Assembly (NCBI GenBank): GCA_965205855.1
Contig: OZ242184.1
Location: 160,001-224,000 of the forward strand
DNA: 64,000 nucleotides
Direction: 5' to 3'
Source of the DNA: Thermodesulfobacteriota bacterium
GTDB taxonomy: Bacteria > Desulfobacterota_D > UBA1144 > Nemesobacterales > Mycalebacteriaceae
Each line of letters opens with the position of its first letter. Within the stretch, counting starts at the first letter, position 1. Position numbers and translations under genes: made by a program. The notes below the pieces were generated by a model. That model ran no database searches. It saw only the letters and a program-made list of their open reading frames with translations, and was not told where the DNA came from. Below are positions 10,980-20,410 of this stretch, one piece after another.

Positions 10980-13412
10980 GTAGCCGCAGGACATGCATGA
11001 CACGCACCCCGATTCAAAAGCAAGGGATGTGCTGTCGCATTCAGGGCAGTTGGCGAACCGCAAATCTTTTGAAATCTCGGTCTCAATTTCGTTTTTGTCC
11101 CCGAAGTGGTTTTTAAGCACCGCCGCAACCGCATCCGGAATGGACATGACAAGCTTTCCTTCCGAAAATACCGGAGAAGCACCCCCGATTCCCTCAAGTT
11201 GCTTGACTATCTGGTTCGGGCTTATGCCAGCTCTTAAGCTCAGGGAGGCGAGCCTTCCTATTGCTTCGGCATCCGCCATCGCCGTGTAGCCGGACTTGCC
11301 GATTTGAACAAACACTTCAAAGGGTTTTCCCTCGGAAGTGTTGACCGTAACATACAGGTTGCCGTGCCCCGTGCGCACAACCTCAGTAAAGCCATTAAGC
11401 ACCTGTGGTCTTTCTTTTTTCTCCACAGGAGATTTTTTTAAGGGATGAGGAGACGAGGTGAGGTTGGGGTGAGTGGCTTGTGAAATCTCCCCATCCCTAT
11501 TTTTTTCATTTTCATTTTCTTGTTGTTCCGTAATTAGGACTCCATCTCTGGACCCCTCTCTGTAAATGGTTACGCCCTTGCAACCGTTTTTCCACGATTG
11601 AAAGTAGATATTCTCAACCTCTTCAAGCGAAACGTCGTTTGGAAGGTTCACGGTGCTTGAGATGCAGGAATCTATATGTTTTTGTATTGTGGACTGTATG
11701 CGCACCCTGAACTTCGGCTTGATGTCATGGGAGGTTATAAAAGTGTCCGGCAGGTCTTTTTCGTCCGAAAGGCCGAATTTTTCCATATACGCTCCGACAA
11801 GCGGGTGAAAGACCTTAAACTGCTCTTTGGAGAGAGACTCCGACCTTCTGAAGTAGGAAAGGGCGAATATGGGCTCAATGCCGCTTGATGTGCCGGCAAG
11901 AACCGAACCGCTTCCCACCGGGGGAACGGTTAGAATGCATGCGTTCCTCAGTCCGTTCTTTTTGACTTTTTCAAGCACCTCTTTGTCAAGAGAGTCAAGA
12001 AACGGGCTTTTGAAGTGCTCCTGCGGGTCATATACCGGAAAAGTTCCTTTTTCTTCGGCGAGTTTGGAGCTTGAGGAATAGACCGTGTTTTTTATATGTG
12101 TGAAAAGCTTGTCCGTGAACTTAACGGCGTCATCGGAATCGTATTTTTTGCCCAGTTTCACAAGCATATCGCCGAATCCCGTGAAGCCCACTCCTATGCG
12201 CCTTGAGCGCTGCGACGACTCCGTCTGAAAACTCAGCGGATGTTTCTCTTTATTGTAGTCCAGTATGTTGTCAAGAAAACGCACCGAGTAGGAGAGGGAG
12301 CGGTCAAGTTTCTCCCAGTCAACACAAGACTCCTTTGTGAACTCGTCTTTTACAAACAGGCTGAGATTTATGTTGCCGAGGCAGCAGTTTCCGTAGTTCT
12401 CAAGGGCTTGCTCACTGCAGGGATTAACCCCCTCAACTTCCATTCCCCCGTATTCAGTAGGAGAGAAACGTTTGACGGCGTCCCAGAAGATAAGGCCCGG
12501 CTCGGCCGAAGACCAGGCGGATTTTACAAGCCGCTTCCAGATGTCTCTGGCTTTTACGGTCTTTCTCATGCGGAACTTTTTACTGTCATATTCAAGGTCA
12601 AAATCGCTGTCTTTCTCAACCGCCTTCATGAATTTATCTGATACCTTCACGGATATGTTTGCAAATTTCACCTGCGACCTTTCCTGATCGTTTTTAATGT
12701 CCAGAAAGTCGATAATATCCGGGTGGTTGACGTCTATTGTTATCATCAGAGCGCCCCGTCTTCCCGCCTGACCGATTGTGCCGGTGGTTGTGGAAAGAAG
12801 ATTCATAAAAGAGACGGCTCCAGTTGAATGAATCGCCGAGTTATTTACCGGCGCCCCCTTCGGTCTCAGAACGGAAATGTCGGTGCCAACGCCACCGCCG
12901 AAAGAATATGTTCTCGCCGCCTCTTTGCACCATTCAAAAATTCCCTCTATGGAGTCTTTTTTTATGGGCATAAAGTAGCAGTTAAGAAGGGTTGAGCGTC
13001 TTGTCTGTCCGGCACCGAACAGAATTCTTCCTCCGGGAATAAAACGGAAGTTGGACAGAAGCCAGTAGAATTTCTCCGTCCATTCCTCTCTCAATTCCCC
13101 GGTTTGCTCGGTTGATGCCATTTCAGTTGCGACCCTTCTCCACATCTGCTCGGGCAGGTTTTCAACGGTACAGCCGTCTTCGTTTTTCAGGGCGTATTTC
13201 TCAAAAAATACCCTTGCGCGAAGCTCGTCCCCCTCAAATGCTTCCAAGGTTTCATTCGGGAGTCCGGTGTCGTTCTGTTCCTTGGGAACAAGCCTGGGAA
13301 CATCGGGCTTTTCCTTGTTTGAAAAAACCGTATCGTTTGAAAGCGCGTTTTTAGGTAGTTCAAAGATGTTATCTTCCCGTTCAGTTGGGATGTTATTGTC
13401 AGAATTGTCCAT
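10965..13412 (-). CDS. nrdJ: Class II adenosylcobalamin-dependent ribonucleotide reductase with C-terminal TSCPD/Zn-ribbon region
   Basis: PGGRIL, LLNCY, RRGALM, NPCSEQ, SSTVN and C-terminal SIPD..CPEC..C..CGYSKC motifs. Start moved to the ATG at 13412, after a GGGGA RBS. Confidence 0.96.
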   Translation of the reverse strand: MDNSDNNIPTEREDNIFELPKNALSNDTVFSNKEKPDVPRLVPKEQNDTGLPNETLEAFEGDELRARVFFEKYALKNEDGCTVENLPEQMWRRVATEMASTEQTGELREEWTEKFYWLLSNFRFIPGGRILFGAGQTRRSTLLNCYFMPIKKDSIEGIFEWCKEAARTYSFGGGVGTDISVLRPKGAPVNNSAIHSTGAVSFMNLLSTTTGTIGQAGRRGALMITIDVNHPDIIDFLDIKNDQERSQVKFANISVKVSDKFMKAVEKDSDFDLEYDSKKFRMRKTVKARDIWKRLVKSAWSSAEPGLIFWDAVKRFSPTEYGGMEVEGVNPCSEQALENYGNCCLGNINLSLFVKDEFTKESCVDWEKLDRSLSYSVRFLDNILDYNKEKHPLSFQTESSQRSRRIGVGFTGFGDMLVKLGKKYDSDDAVKFTDKLFTHIKNTVYSSSSKLAEEKGTFPVYDPQEHFKSPFLDSLDKEVLEKVKKNGLRNACILTVPPVGSGSVLAGTSSGIEPIFALSYFRRSESLSKEQFKVFHPLVGAYMEKFGLSDEKDLPDTFITSHDIKPKFRVRIQSTIQKHIDSCISSTVNLPNDVSLEEVENIYFQSWKNGCKGVTIYREGSRDGVLITEQQENENEKNRDGEISQATHPNLTSSPHPLKKSPVEKKERPQVLNGFTEVVRTGHGNLYVTVNTSEGKPFEVFVQIGKSGYTAMADAEAIGRLASLSLRAGISPNQIVKQLEGIGGASPVFSEGKLVMSIPDAVAAVLKNHFGDKNEIETEISKDLRFANCPECDSTSLAFESGCVSCMSCGYSKCG

Positions 13413-13442
13413 TTCTTTTCCCCTTTTGTTCAATGTAGCCGA

Positions 13443-13490
13443 ATTCAACATTTCGTGCCACAAGGATTATTAGACTACCATATATTGTGG
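13443..13490. promoter_or_regulatory. Tandem NrdR boxes upstream of nrdJ
   Basis: ctaCcAtATaTtGtgg (13475-13490) closely matches the consensus acaCwAtATaTwGtgt. A weaker attCaAcATtTcGtgc (13443-13458) lies 32 bp away. Confidence 0.75.
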
Positions 13491-13571
13491 TAAATCAAGG
13501 AATAAAAATATATATCAAAAATTCTTTAAAAAAATTCTTTATTTTGAAGGGCTTAAAGGTTAATACTTACT

Positions 13572-14195
13572 ATGAAGTTAATGTCTAAAGACAGTTTTAC
13601 AGAGAGAATCAACGATTTGTGGTTCGGGAAAATGGGCGAAAATGGTCTTTGCAGTCCTGAAAAGTCTTCCGCATGGTTCAGGAAAGACAACGCATTTGAC
13701 CGTCATGTGAAGCGGGAGTTCGGCAGTTTGTTGCCTCTTGTACAGAAGGGGGAGCTCAACCGGATGAAGGAAACCCCTCGCGGTGCACTGGCTTTTATAA
13801 TCCTTACCGACCAGTTTCCCAGAAACATATACCGGGGTCTGCCGGAATCTTTCTCTTTTGACGCTTTGGCGCTTTCTGTGTGTAAAAAAGGAATGGATGC
13901 GGGATATGACGCTTCTCTTTTTCCGATGGGAAGAGTTTTCTTTCATATGCCGCTTATGCATTCGGAAGATATTGAGATTCAGAAAATATCCGTAAAAACC
14001 TTTTCGTCTCTCGCGGATGAGTTCAAAAACTCTCCTGAAGTTTTCAAATTTCTGAACGGCTCCGCCGATTTCGCGCGCCGGCATTTTAATATTATTGAGA
14101 AATTCGGCAGATACCCGCACAGGAATAAAATACTCGGACGCGAATCAACGCCCGAGGAAACGGAGTTTTTGAAACAGGACGAGAGTGGGTTTTAG
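13572..14195 (+). CDS. DUF924 family protein
   Basis: WF..D..FD, DQFPRNIYR, FFHMPLMHSE and FGRYPHRNKILGRESTPEE motifs. Confidence 0.92.
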   Translation: MKLMSKDSFTERINDLWFGKMGENGLCSPEKSSAWFRKDNAFDRHVKREFGSLLPLVQKGELNRMKETPRGALAFIILTDQFPRNIYRGLPESFSFDALALSVCKKGMDAGYDASLFPMGRVFFHMPLMHSEDIEIQKISVKTFSSLADEFKNSPEVFKFLNGSADFARRHFNIIEKFGRYPHRNKILGRESTPEETEFLKQDESGF

Positions 14196-14199
14196 GGAA

Positions 14200-14907
14200 A
14201 TGATGAATAATTTATTTCTTTGATTTGTTTTAAAAATGTTCCGGTTGTTTTCCCTCTGTATGACGGATGAGGTCTGACAAAAACCTTTTGCCGGTTTTTA
14301 ATAAAGTTTCTTTTTTCTCTTCTTCCTTTTTAAACCCCGTGCTTTCGCAAACAATTATGTCGGGATTGAAGATTTTTACCTCATCAATAAAAACCCGAGT
14401 TTAATTTCTTTTTTGAAGTGCTTTCTGTCTTAGCTTCCCGCCCTGCCCTTTTTTTTTACGAAGACAAACTTATGGAAATTAGTCAAGGATATGTAATAAA
14501 GCGGATTTTTTTCCGACAAAAGTTCTTTTTGTTTACAGTATTTTCTGGCATGTTTGAAATTTTTTATTTTATTCCAATTGTTTTTTTTCACCCCAGCTCT
14601 TTTTTAGAAAATATAATGCCGTGAAATATATTCCCGCGATATGGGATTGTGCCTGTACAAATCTTTTTCTTTTATGCTTGAATTTTTTTCTGAAAAATTG
14701 ATGACCCCTTCTCTGTCCTTGTCCGTCTCTATATAAAGTCTCATTATCAGAATTTTTGTTGATTTTCCGTAAGTTGAGTCAATACGTGTAACAGGCAAGT
14801 CGTCTGTCCGGAAATTCGGTTGTTAATCTGTCCTCTTTGTTTATCCCACAATTCTTGAAAAAACTCTCGTGGAGGTTTGTCAGCTTCTGTTTCAATTCTT
14901 TATTCAT
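14200..14907 (-). pseudogene. Frameshifted AT-rich gene, uracil-DNA-glycosylase-superfamily-like hypothetical
   Basis: Segments in several frames: MNKELKQKL..RRLACY, STYGKSTKILIM, IAGIYFTALYFLK, NPLYYISLTNFHKF, IDEVKIFNPDIIVCES, VRPHPSY. Multiple homopolymer frameshifts and stops. Confidence 0.55.
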
Positions 14908-14948
14908 TGGACAGAGCGGATATTCTAATTCACAATTACTTTTCCACA

Positions 14949-15362
14949 ATGAAACTCCTCGCCTTTGATGTCGGAACAAAAACCATCGGTGTCGCCGCAA
15001 GCGACGAACTTGGCATAGTCGCAACGGGTCTCGGCACGGTCGCGCGAAAGGATGAAAAAAGCGACCTTGAATCCCTCGCCGTTTTTGTGTCGGAACGCAA
15101 GCCGGAGCGCATAGTTGTCGGAATTCCCTTAAGCGCAGACGGCTCTCTCGGAAAAAGAGCGGTTGAAATAAAGCGGTTCGCACAAACCGTCGGGTCGCAT
15201 TGCGGGGTAGAAACGGTTTTCTGGGACGAAAGTTTTTCAACCGTTGAGGCGGACAAGGCGCTGATAAAAGGCGGAATGGGCAGAAAGAGAAGAAAAAAAA
15301 TTGTTGATAAAGTGGCCGCAGTCGTTATTTTGCAACAGTATCTTGACAGTTTGGAGGGTTGA
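14949..15362 (+). CDS. ruvX: Holliday junction resolvase-like / pre-16S rRNA maturation nuclease RuvX (YqgF)
   Basis: LAFDVGTKTIGVA.SD, VVGIP, WDESFST and VDKVAAVVILQ motifs. Confidence 0.96.
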   Translation: MKLLAFDVGTKTIGVAASDELGIVATGLGTVARKDEKSDLESLAVFVSERKPERIVVGIPLSADGSLGKRAVEIKRFAQTVGSHCGVETVFWDESFSTVEADKALIKGGMGRKRRKKIVDKVAAVVILQQYLDSLEG

Positions 15363-16160
15363 ATGCCTTTTGCCAATGTGAACGGAGTGAAAGTTAACTA
15401 CGAGGAGCACGGCTCCGGCAAGCCTGTTTTTCTTATCGGCGGACTCGGAAGCACCTTGCAAAGTTGGGACGATCAAGTCCGTATCTATTCAAAATATTTC
15501 AAAACGGTGGTTTTCGACAACAGAGGGTCAGGTCTTTCGGATAAACCGGACGGCCCGTATTCAACCGAAGATATGGCGGACGATGTTGTTGCTCTTGCGG
15601 ACTTTCTCAGAATAGAAAAAGCGTCTTTTGTTGGCAAATCAATGGGCGGCATGATAGCTCAGTGGATTGGCATCAAATATCCCGAAAGGGTGGAAAAACT
15701 TGTAATGGGTTGCGCGTCCGCGCGCAGGGACGATGTGGGCAACCTGATACTTGAAACCGGCAGGCATATATCGGAAAAAGCCGGAATGGAAGCGGTTTGG
15801 CTTATGGCGCTTTTCCTCGGCTACGGAAGAAAATACATTGAGGACAATCTCGATGAAATAAAAGAGCGGCTTGCCAGCATCAACGCAAGCTCCGAAGACA
15901 TAGCCGGTTATCACGGACAGTGCGGTGCGTGCGAAAGACATGAGACAAGCGGTCTTCTGAGCCGCGTAAAGGCGCCGACCCTTGTGATGTTTGGCACCGA
16001 AGACAACATTACAGACCCCAAACGCGCTGCGGAGACGGCGGAGTTGATACCGAACTCAACCGTTCGCGCGTTTGAAGGGGCGGGACACGGTTTCTGGCGC
16101 GAAAGAAGAGAGGAGGCAGATGCTTTGGTAATTGACTTTCTTCGGGACAACGCTGTTTAA
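15363..16160 (+). CDS. Alpha/beta hydrolase (3-oxoadipate enol-lactonase-like)
   Basis: FDNRGSG, GKSMGG nucleophile elbow and catalytic His in GAGH. Confidence 0.88.
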   Translation: MPFANVNGVKVNYEEHGSGKPVFLIGGLGSTLQSWDDQVRIYSKYFKTVVFDNRGSGLSDKPDGPYSTEDMADDVVALADFLRIEKASFVGKSMGGMIAQWIGIKYPERVEKLVMGCASARRDDVGNLILETGRHISEKAGMEAVWLMALFLGYGRKYIEDNLDEIKERLASINASSEDIAGYHGQCGACERHETSGLLSRVKAPTLVMFGTEDNITDPKRAAETAELIPNSTVRAFEGAGHGFWRERREEADALVIDFLRDNAV

Positions 16161-16182
16161 TAGAGGAAAAGGAGGCGATTTT

Positions 16183-16620
16183 ATGAGGTTTTTATATAAG
16201 ACGGACGGCAATGTTGCGGGTTTGATAGCGAGGGTTTTCCTTGGAGTGGTTATTCTTCCTCACGGTTTTCCAAAACTTTTGACTTTTGAGCAGACGGTAA
16301 ACGGATTAATGTCCGGGGCTTTGCTTCCATATTACGTAGCGGTTTTGGTTGTAATCGGAGAATCGGTCGGTGCGTTTTCGCTTATAATCGGTTTTATGTC
16401 GCGTTTCTGCGCGGCTTCAATGATAGTCATCATGGTGGGCGCGGTGCAGTTGTTTCATCTTAAACACGGGTTTTTTATGAACTGGAAGGGAAATCAGATG
16501 GGGGAAGGATATGAATACCATATTCTCGTTGTGGGTCTTGCGCTGGTTGTTGTCGCCTGCGGCGGCGGCAGGTTTTCCGTTGACGGGCTGATTACAAGGT
16601 TTTTACACAGAGGGAATTGA
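16183..16620 (+). CDS. DoxX family membrane protein
   Basis: RVFLGVVILPHG, GFFMNW.G...GEGYEYH and GGGRFSVD motifs. AGGAGG RBS. Confidence 0.92.
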   Translation: MRFLYKTDGNVAGLIARVFLGVVILPHGFPKLLTFEQTVNGLMSGALLPYYVAVLVVIGESVGAFSLIIGFMSRFCAASMIVIMVGAVQLFHLKHGFFMNWKGNQMGEGYEYHILVVGLALVVVACGGGRFSVDGLITRFLHRGN

Positions 16621-16851
16621 CTTGCTAGCGAGAAGAACCGGAATGCCGTTTTTCACGCCGTAAACTCTGCTCCGGTCTTCGGTTTCAAGAAAATCGTCCG
16701 CGGTTTCCGTAACGAGGTTTCCTGCGCTGTCTGTAATTTCGCCTTTTTCTATGAGGGAGTTTATTTTTGCACGGGTGTCGTGCTCCGCCCGCCGGAGCCG
16801 CTGCCCGGTTTCGGGGCAGATGAGCATGTCGATAAGCTGTTTGTCAATCAT
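16603..16851 (-). CDS. Trm112-like protein
   Basis: LIDMLICPET and YGVKNGIPVLL motifs. Confidence 0.85.
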   Translation of the reverse strand: MIDKQLIDMLICPETGQRLRRAEHDTRAKINSLIEKGEITDSAGNLVTETADDFLETEDRSRVYGVKNGIPVLLASKSIPSV

Positions 16852-16866
16852 ACGGCGGCAGGTCTC

Positions 16867-17190
16867 TTATTCCGCTTTCGCGGACCGCACCGCTTTCTCA
16901 AGGTCTCCGCTTTGAAACATCTCCTCGCAGATATCGCAACCGCCTATGAACTCTCCATTCACATAAAGTTGCGGAATTGTGGGCCAGCTTGAAAAATCCT
17001 TGACTCCCTGGCGGATTTCCTCGTTTTCCAGCACATTGACCGTTTCATACCGCACGCCCAGGGTGTTGAGTATCTGTATGACTCTTGCCGAAAATCCGCA
17101 CATGGGCTCCTCTCTTGTTCCCTTCATATAGAGAAGAACCGGGTTGCTCTCCACCTGCGAGCCGATTTTGTTTTTGATATCCTCAGACAT
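16867..17190 (-). CDS. grxD: Monothiol glutaredoxin (CGFS type)
   Basis: MKGT..PMCGFS, WPTIPQLY and GGCD motifs. Confidence 0.97.
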   Translation of the reverse strand: MSEDIKNKIGSQVESNPVLLYMKGTREEPMCGFSARVIQILNTLGVRYETVNVLENEEIRQGVKDFSSWPTIPQLYVNGEFIGGCDICEEMFQSGDLEKAVRSAKAE

Positions 17191-17193
17191 TGC

Positions 17194-17442
17194 TTATCCT
17201 CCCGTTTTCAGAATTTCGTCCCACTGCTGCGGAGTGTAGGCTTTTATTGACAGAGCGTGAATATCCCTCTTCATCGCGTCTCCAAGAGCGGAATACACAA
17301 GTTTGTGCCTGTCCACCTGCGTTTTCCCTTCAAAATTGCCGGAAACCACAACGGTTTCAAAATGAGTTCCGTCTCCGACAACCTCAACATGGTTTGCATC
17401 AAGCGATTTTTCTATGGTTGATTTGATGCTTTCCGGGCTCAT
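17194..17442 (-). CDS. BolA/IbaG family protein
   Basis: GDGTHFE..VVS..F.GK..VDRH..VY..L..IHAL pattern, next to grxD. True start is the ATG at 17442. Confidence 0.93.
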   Translation of the reverse strand: MSPESIKSTIEKSLDANHVEVVGDGTHFETVVVSGNFEGKTQVDRHKLVYSALGDAMKRDIHALSIKAYTPQQWDEILKTGG

Positions 17443-17497
17443 GAGTGATATTATCTTTGGCGAAAAAGTAGTTGTCAACAACCGGAGGAAAACCACA

Positions 17498-17938
17498 ATG
17501 CTTGTATCGGAAATAATGTCAAGTCCCGTAAAAACAGTGCTGGAAAGCTCCCTGTTGAAGGATGTGGCCGCGGCAATGGTTGAGTCTTCATTCGGCTGTC
17601 TTCCGGTTGTGGATGATGACGGATTGCTTGTCGGAGTAATATCTGAGACGGATTTTATCGGCACAATGGGCAGCGTTCCATTTTCCAGGGAAACCGGGCA
17701 TTTGCTTTTCGGGCAATGGACTGACGGGAAAGGAATTGTGAAATGCTGCAGAGAAGCCGCGAATCTGGAAATGAAGGATTTTATGCAGACCGATGTTGTT
17801 ACGGTTGAGGAAAACGACACTGTTGAGGATGCGGTTACAAAGATGTTGAAGGCGCGCGTTCGCAGGATTCCCGTTGTGAAAGACGGCAAACCCGTGGCGA
17901 TATTTACCAGAAAAGACCTTCTGAAACTTTTTGTTTGA
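17498..17938 (+). CDS. CBS domain pair protein
   Basis: LPVVDDDGLLVGVISETD and RRIPVVKDGKPV motifs. GGAGG RBS before the ATG at 17498. Confidence 0.88.
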   Translation: MLVSEIMSSPVKTVLESSLLKDVAAAMVESSFGCLPVVDDDGLLVGVISETDFIGTMGSVPFSRETGHLLFGQWTDGKGIVKCCREAANLEMKDFMQTDVVTVEENDTVEDAVTKMLKARVRRIPVVKDGKPVAIFTRKDLLKLFV

Positions 17939-19343
17939 AAGCCGCCAGGTTTCTGTTTTGTATTCAAGAATAATTGTCGCGGGCGAGCGGAGCGGATGTG
18001 GAAAAACCGCGATTTCCCTTGCGGTTATGAACGCCCTTTCGTGCAGAGGAATTAAGGTGCAGGGTTTCAAAACCGGCCCGGACTACATTGACACCTCGCA
18101 CTACGAGACAAGAACGGGAAGAAAAGGCAGAAACATAGACCTGTGGATGACAGCGCCGAATGATTCCTTTGAGCTTTTCCGCCACAACGCCCCGGCTGGC
18201 GGAATTTCGGTCATAGAGGGGGTTATGGGTCTTTATGACGGGGCGTATCCGGACAATACGGCAAGTACGGCGCATACGGCGAAATTCCTTCGCGCTCCCG
18301 TAATCCTTGTTCTGGACTCTTCAAAAAGCCCCAACTCCGCGGCTGCGACCGCGCTCGGGTTCAAGATGTTTGACCCCGAAGTGAACATCGCGGGATTTAT
18401 TCTCAACCGCGTCCCTTCACCGCGGGGAGCGCAAACTGCCGCAAGAGAGATAACGCGCAAAACCGGCGTTCCCGTTCTGGGTTTTATGCCGGTTGAGGGC
18501 GAACTCGCCATTGGCTCAAGGCATCTCGGCCTTGTTCACGCCGCAGAATCTCCGGTGCGCCGTGAAGTTCTGTCAACCGAAGCTGCTGTTGCAGAAAAAT
18601 TTCTGGATATTGACAGCATTGAAAAAATCGCGCGTTCGGCTCCACGGGACGGTTGGGCGGAAGAACGGGATTCTGACTCCCTTTATCCGCGAATTCCGAA
18701 ACCCCAGCGCGTCCGGCTTGCGATCGCGTATGACAAGGCGTTCTCTTTCTACTATGAAAACACCCTTGACCTTTTTTCGCTCTGGGGTTGTGAGACGGCG
18801 TTTTTCTCTCCGCTTTCGGACGAGAGTTTGCCCGAGGGCTCGGACGCTGTTTTTCTGGGAGGGGGGTTTCCTGAACTTTACTGCCCGGAACTTGAGGAAA
18901 ATGTTCCCATGAGAGACAGTTTGCGCCGTTTTGCCGAGGGAGGCGGGGCGGTTTACGGGGAATGCGGAGGGATGATGTATCTGGGCGCGAGCATAACGGA
19001 CTTGAACGGACGGAGGTTTGGGATGTGCTCGGTGCTGCCAGCGGATTTTGAGATGCGTCCGAAACTTCAGTCCCTGGGTTACAGAGAGGTTTGCGCCACA
19101 AAAGACTCGGGTTTTTTCCGTTCTGGAGACAGGGAGAGAGGACATGAGTTTCACTACTCGACCCTTTCAGGCGGACATACCGGCGGATTTTTTGAGATAA
19201 CAAAATCTGCCGGCGACAGATCTCGCGGCGGAATTGATTTCCGCAACACAACCGCCTCTTACATTCACCTGAATTTTCTGTCTTCAGGGCTTGTAAAACT
19301 TTTGCCGCAAAGAATAAAACCCGAAACGGAAGGGGCAATTTGA
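17931..19343 (+). CDS. cobB: Cobyrinate a,c-diamide synthase CobB/CbiA
   Basis: SGCGKT, FKTGPDYID, EGVMGLYDG, RHLGLV, GECGGMMYL and RGHEFHYS motifs. Confidence 0.95.
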   Translation: MFESRQVSVLYSRIIVAGERSGCGKTAISLAVMNALSCRGIKVQGFKTGPDYIDTSHYETRTGRKGRNIDLWMTAPNDSFELFRHNAPAGGISVIEGVMGLYDGAYPDNTASTAHTAKFLRAPVILVLDSSKSPNSAAATALGFKMFDPEVNIAGFILNRVPSPRGAQTAAREITRKTGVPVLGFMPVEGELAIGSRHLGLVHAAESPVRREVLSTEAAVAEKFLDIDSIEKIARSAPRDGWAEERDSDSLYPRIPKPQRVRLAIAYDKAFSFYYENTLDLFSLWGCETAFFSPLSDESLPEGSDAVFLGGGFPELYCPELEENVPMRDSLRRFAEGGGAVYGECGGMMYLGASITDLNGRRFGMCSVLPADFEMRPKLQSLGYREVCATKDSGFFRSGDRERGHEFHYSTLSGGHTGGFFEITKSAGDRSRGGIDFRNTTASYIHLNFLSSGLVKLLPQRIKPETEGAI

Positions 19344-20410
19344 AACTCTTCGCGCGCACACTTCCCCCGGTTCACGGCGGGCTTGACCATGAAGAGGTTG
19401 GTCTTATGGGGCTCAATCCCCACGAGGTGGTTGATTTTTCAAATAACCTTAATCCGTTTTTCCCGTCTTCCGAGTTGCTCAAAGGCGCGTGCGCCGGAGC
19501 GGAGACATATCCGGACGCGCGATACTTTGAACTCCGGCGCACAATTGCCGCTGCGCACCGCACTCGGCCGGAATGCGTTTTCACGGGCAACGGAGTGTCC
19601 GAGATAGTTCATCTTTTATGCCGCTGTCTTCCTTCCTCCGCATCGGTTTTGATACCGGTTCCGACATTTTCCGAGTATGAAAGGTCGGCGGCGATTTGCG
19701 GTCTACAGACAATTTTACGCAAGCCCGGCGGAGACGGTCTGCGTTTTGACACCGACGCCATTGCGGAGGAAATCAAAAACCTGAATCCCGACCTTGTTTT
19801 CCTCTGTAATCCGAACAACCCGACGGGTCTTTACCTTTCGCGCTCCGAAGTTGAGACGGTAGTCCGCGCGGCGCGCGGTGCGGTTCTGGTAATTGATGAA
19901 TCCTATGCGGACTTTGTACGCGAGCCGTGGGACTCGACTTTTCTCACCGCACGTCCGAATGTTGTGATACTCCGCTCGGTCGCGAAGTTCTACGGGCTTG
20001 CCGGCGTCAGGATGGGGTATGCGGTTTCAAGCCCGGAAATAGTTTCGGCTTTAAACGGTGCCCGTCCGCCGTGGAATGTAAATTCAGTCGCCTGCTCCGC
20101 CGCGCGCGCGGTTTTTTCTCTTCGTTCGTCGGTCCGTGAAGAAAGCAAATCGCGGCTTTTTGCCGCAAGAGACCGTCTCGTTGATGATATTGGGAAAATC
20201 GGAAAAAAATGCCTTCCGACCGATACGGGTTTTTTTCTCGTCAGGGTTGGAGACGCGAGTTCGGTCAGAACACGGCTTCTGAAGAAAGGCGTTGCCGTGC
20301 GCGACTGTTCGTCTTTCGGACTTCCCTCTTATATACGGCTCGGCGCGCGCCCGCGGAGCGATTGCGAAAAACTTGTGGAAAAATGGGCGGAGCTGGACGG
20401 TGAGGGCTAA
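19340..20410 (+). CDS. cobD: PLP-dependent L-threonine-O-3-phosphate decarboxylase (CobD; HisC-like fold)
   Basis: HGG, DFSNNLNP, CNPNNPTG and RSVAKFYGLAGVRMGY motifs, located in the cob cluster. Confidence 0.85.
   Translation: MKLFARTLPPVHGGLDHEEVGLMGLNPHEVVDFSNNLNPFFPSSELLKGACAGAETYPDARYFELRRTIAAAHRTRPECVFTGNGVSEIVHLLCRCLPSSASVLIPVPTFSEYERSAAICGLQTILRKPGGDGLRFDTDAIAEEIKNLNPDLVFLCNPNNPTGLYLSRSEVETVVRAARGAVLVIDESYADFVREPWDSTFLTARPNVVILRSVAKFYGLAGVRMGYAVSSPEIVSALNGARPPWNVNSVACSAARAVFSLRSSVREESKSRLFAARDRLVDDIGKIGKKCLPTDTGFFLVRVGDASSVRTRLLKKGVAVRDCSSFGLPSYIRLGARPRSDCEKLVEKWAELDGEG

Noticed and set aside
11400-11540. Intein or insertion in nrdJ
   Set aside because: It is a short low-complexity linker before the TSCPD region, without intein splice motifs.
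17443-17967. 257-aa BolA fusion in the ORF track
   Set aside because: The extension is the antisense of the CBS gene; BolA starts at 17442.
18484-19359. 291-aa antisense ORF and the many other overlapping ORFs
   Set aside because: These are shadows of well-supported genes and have no recognisable motifs.
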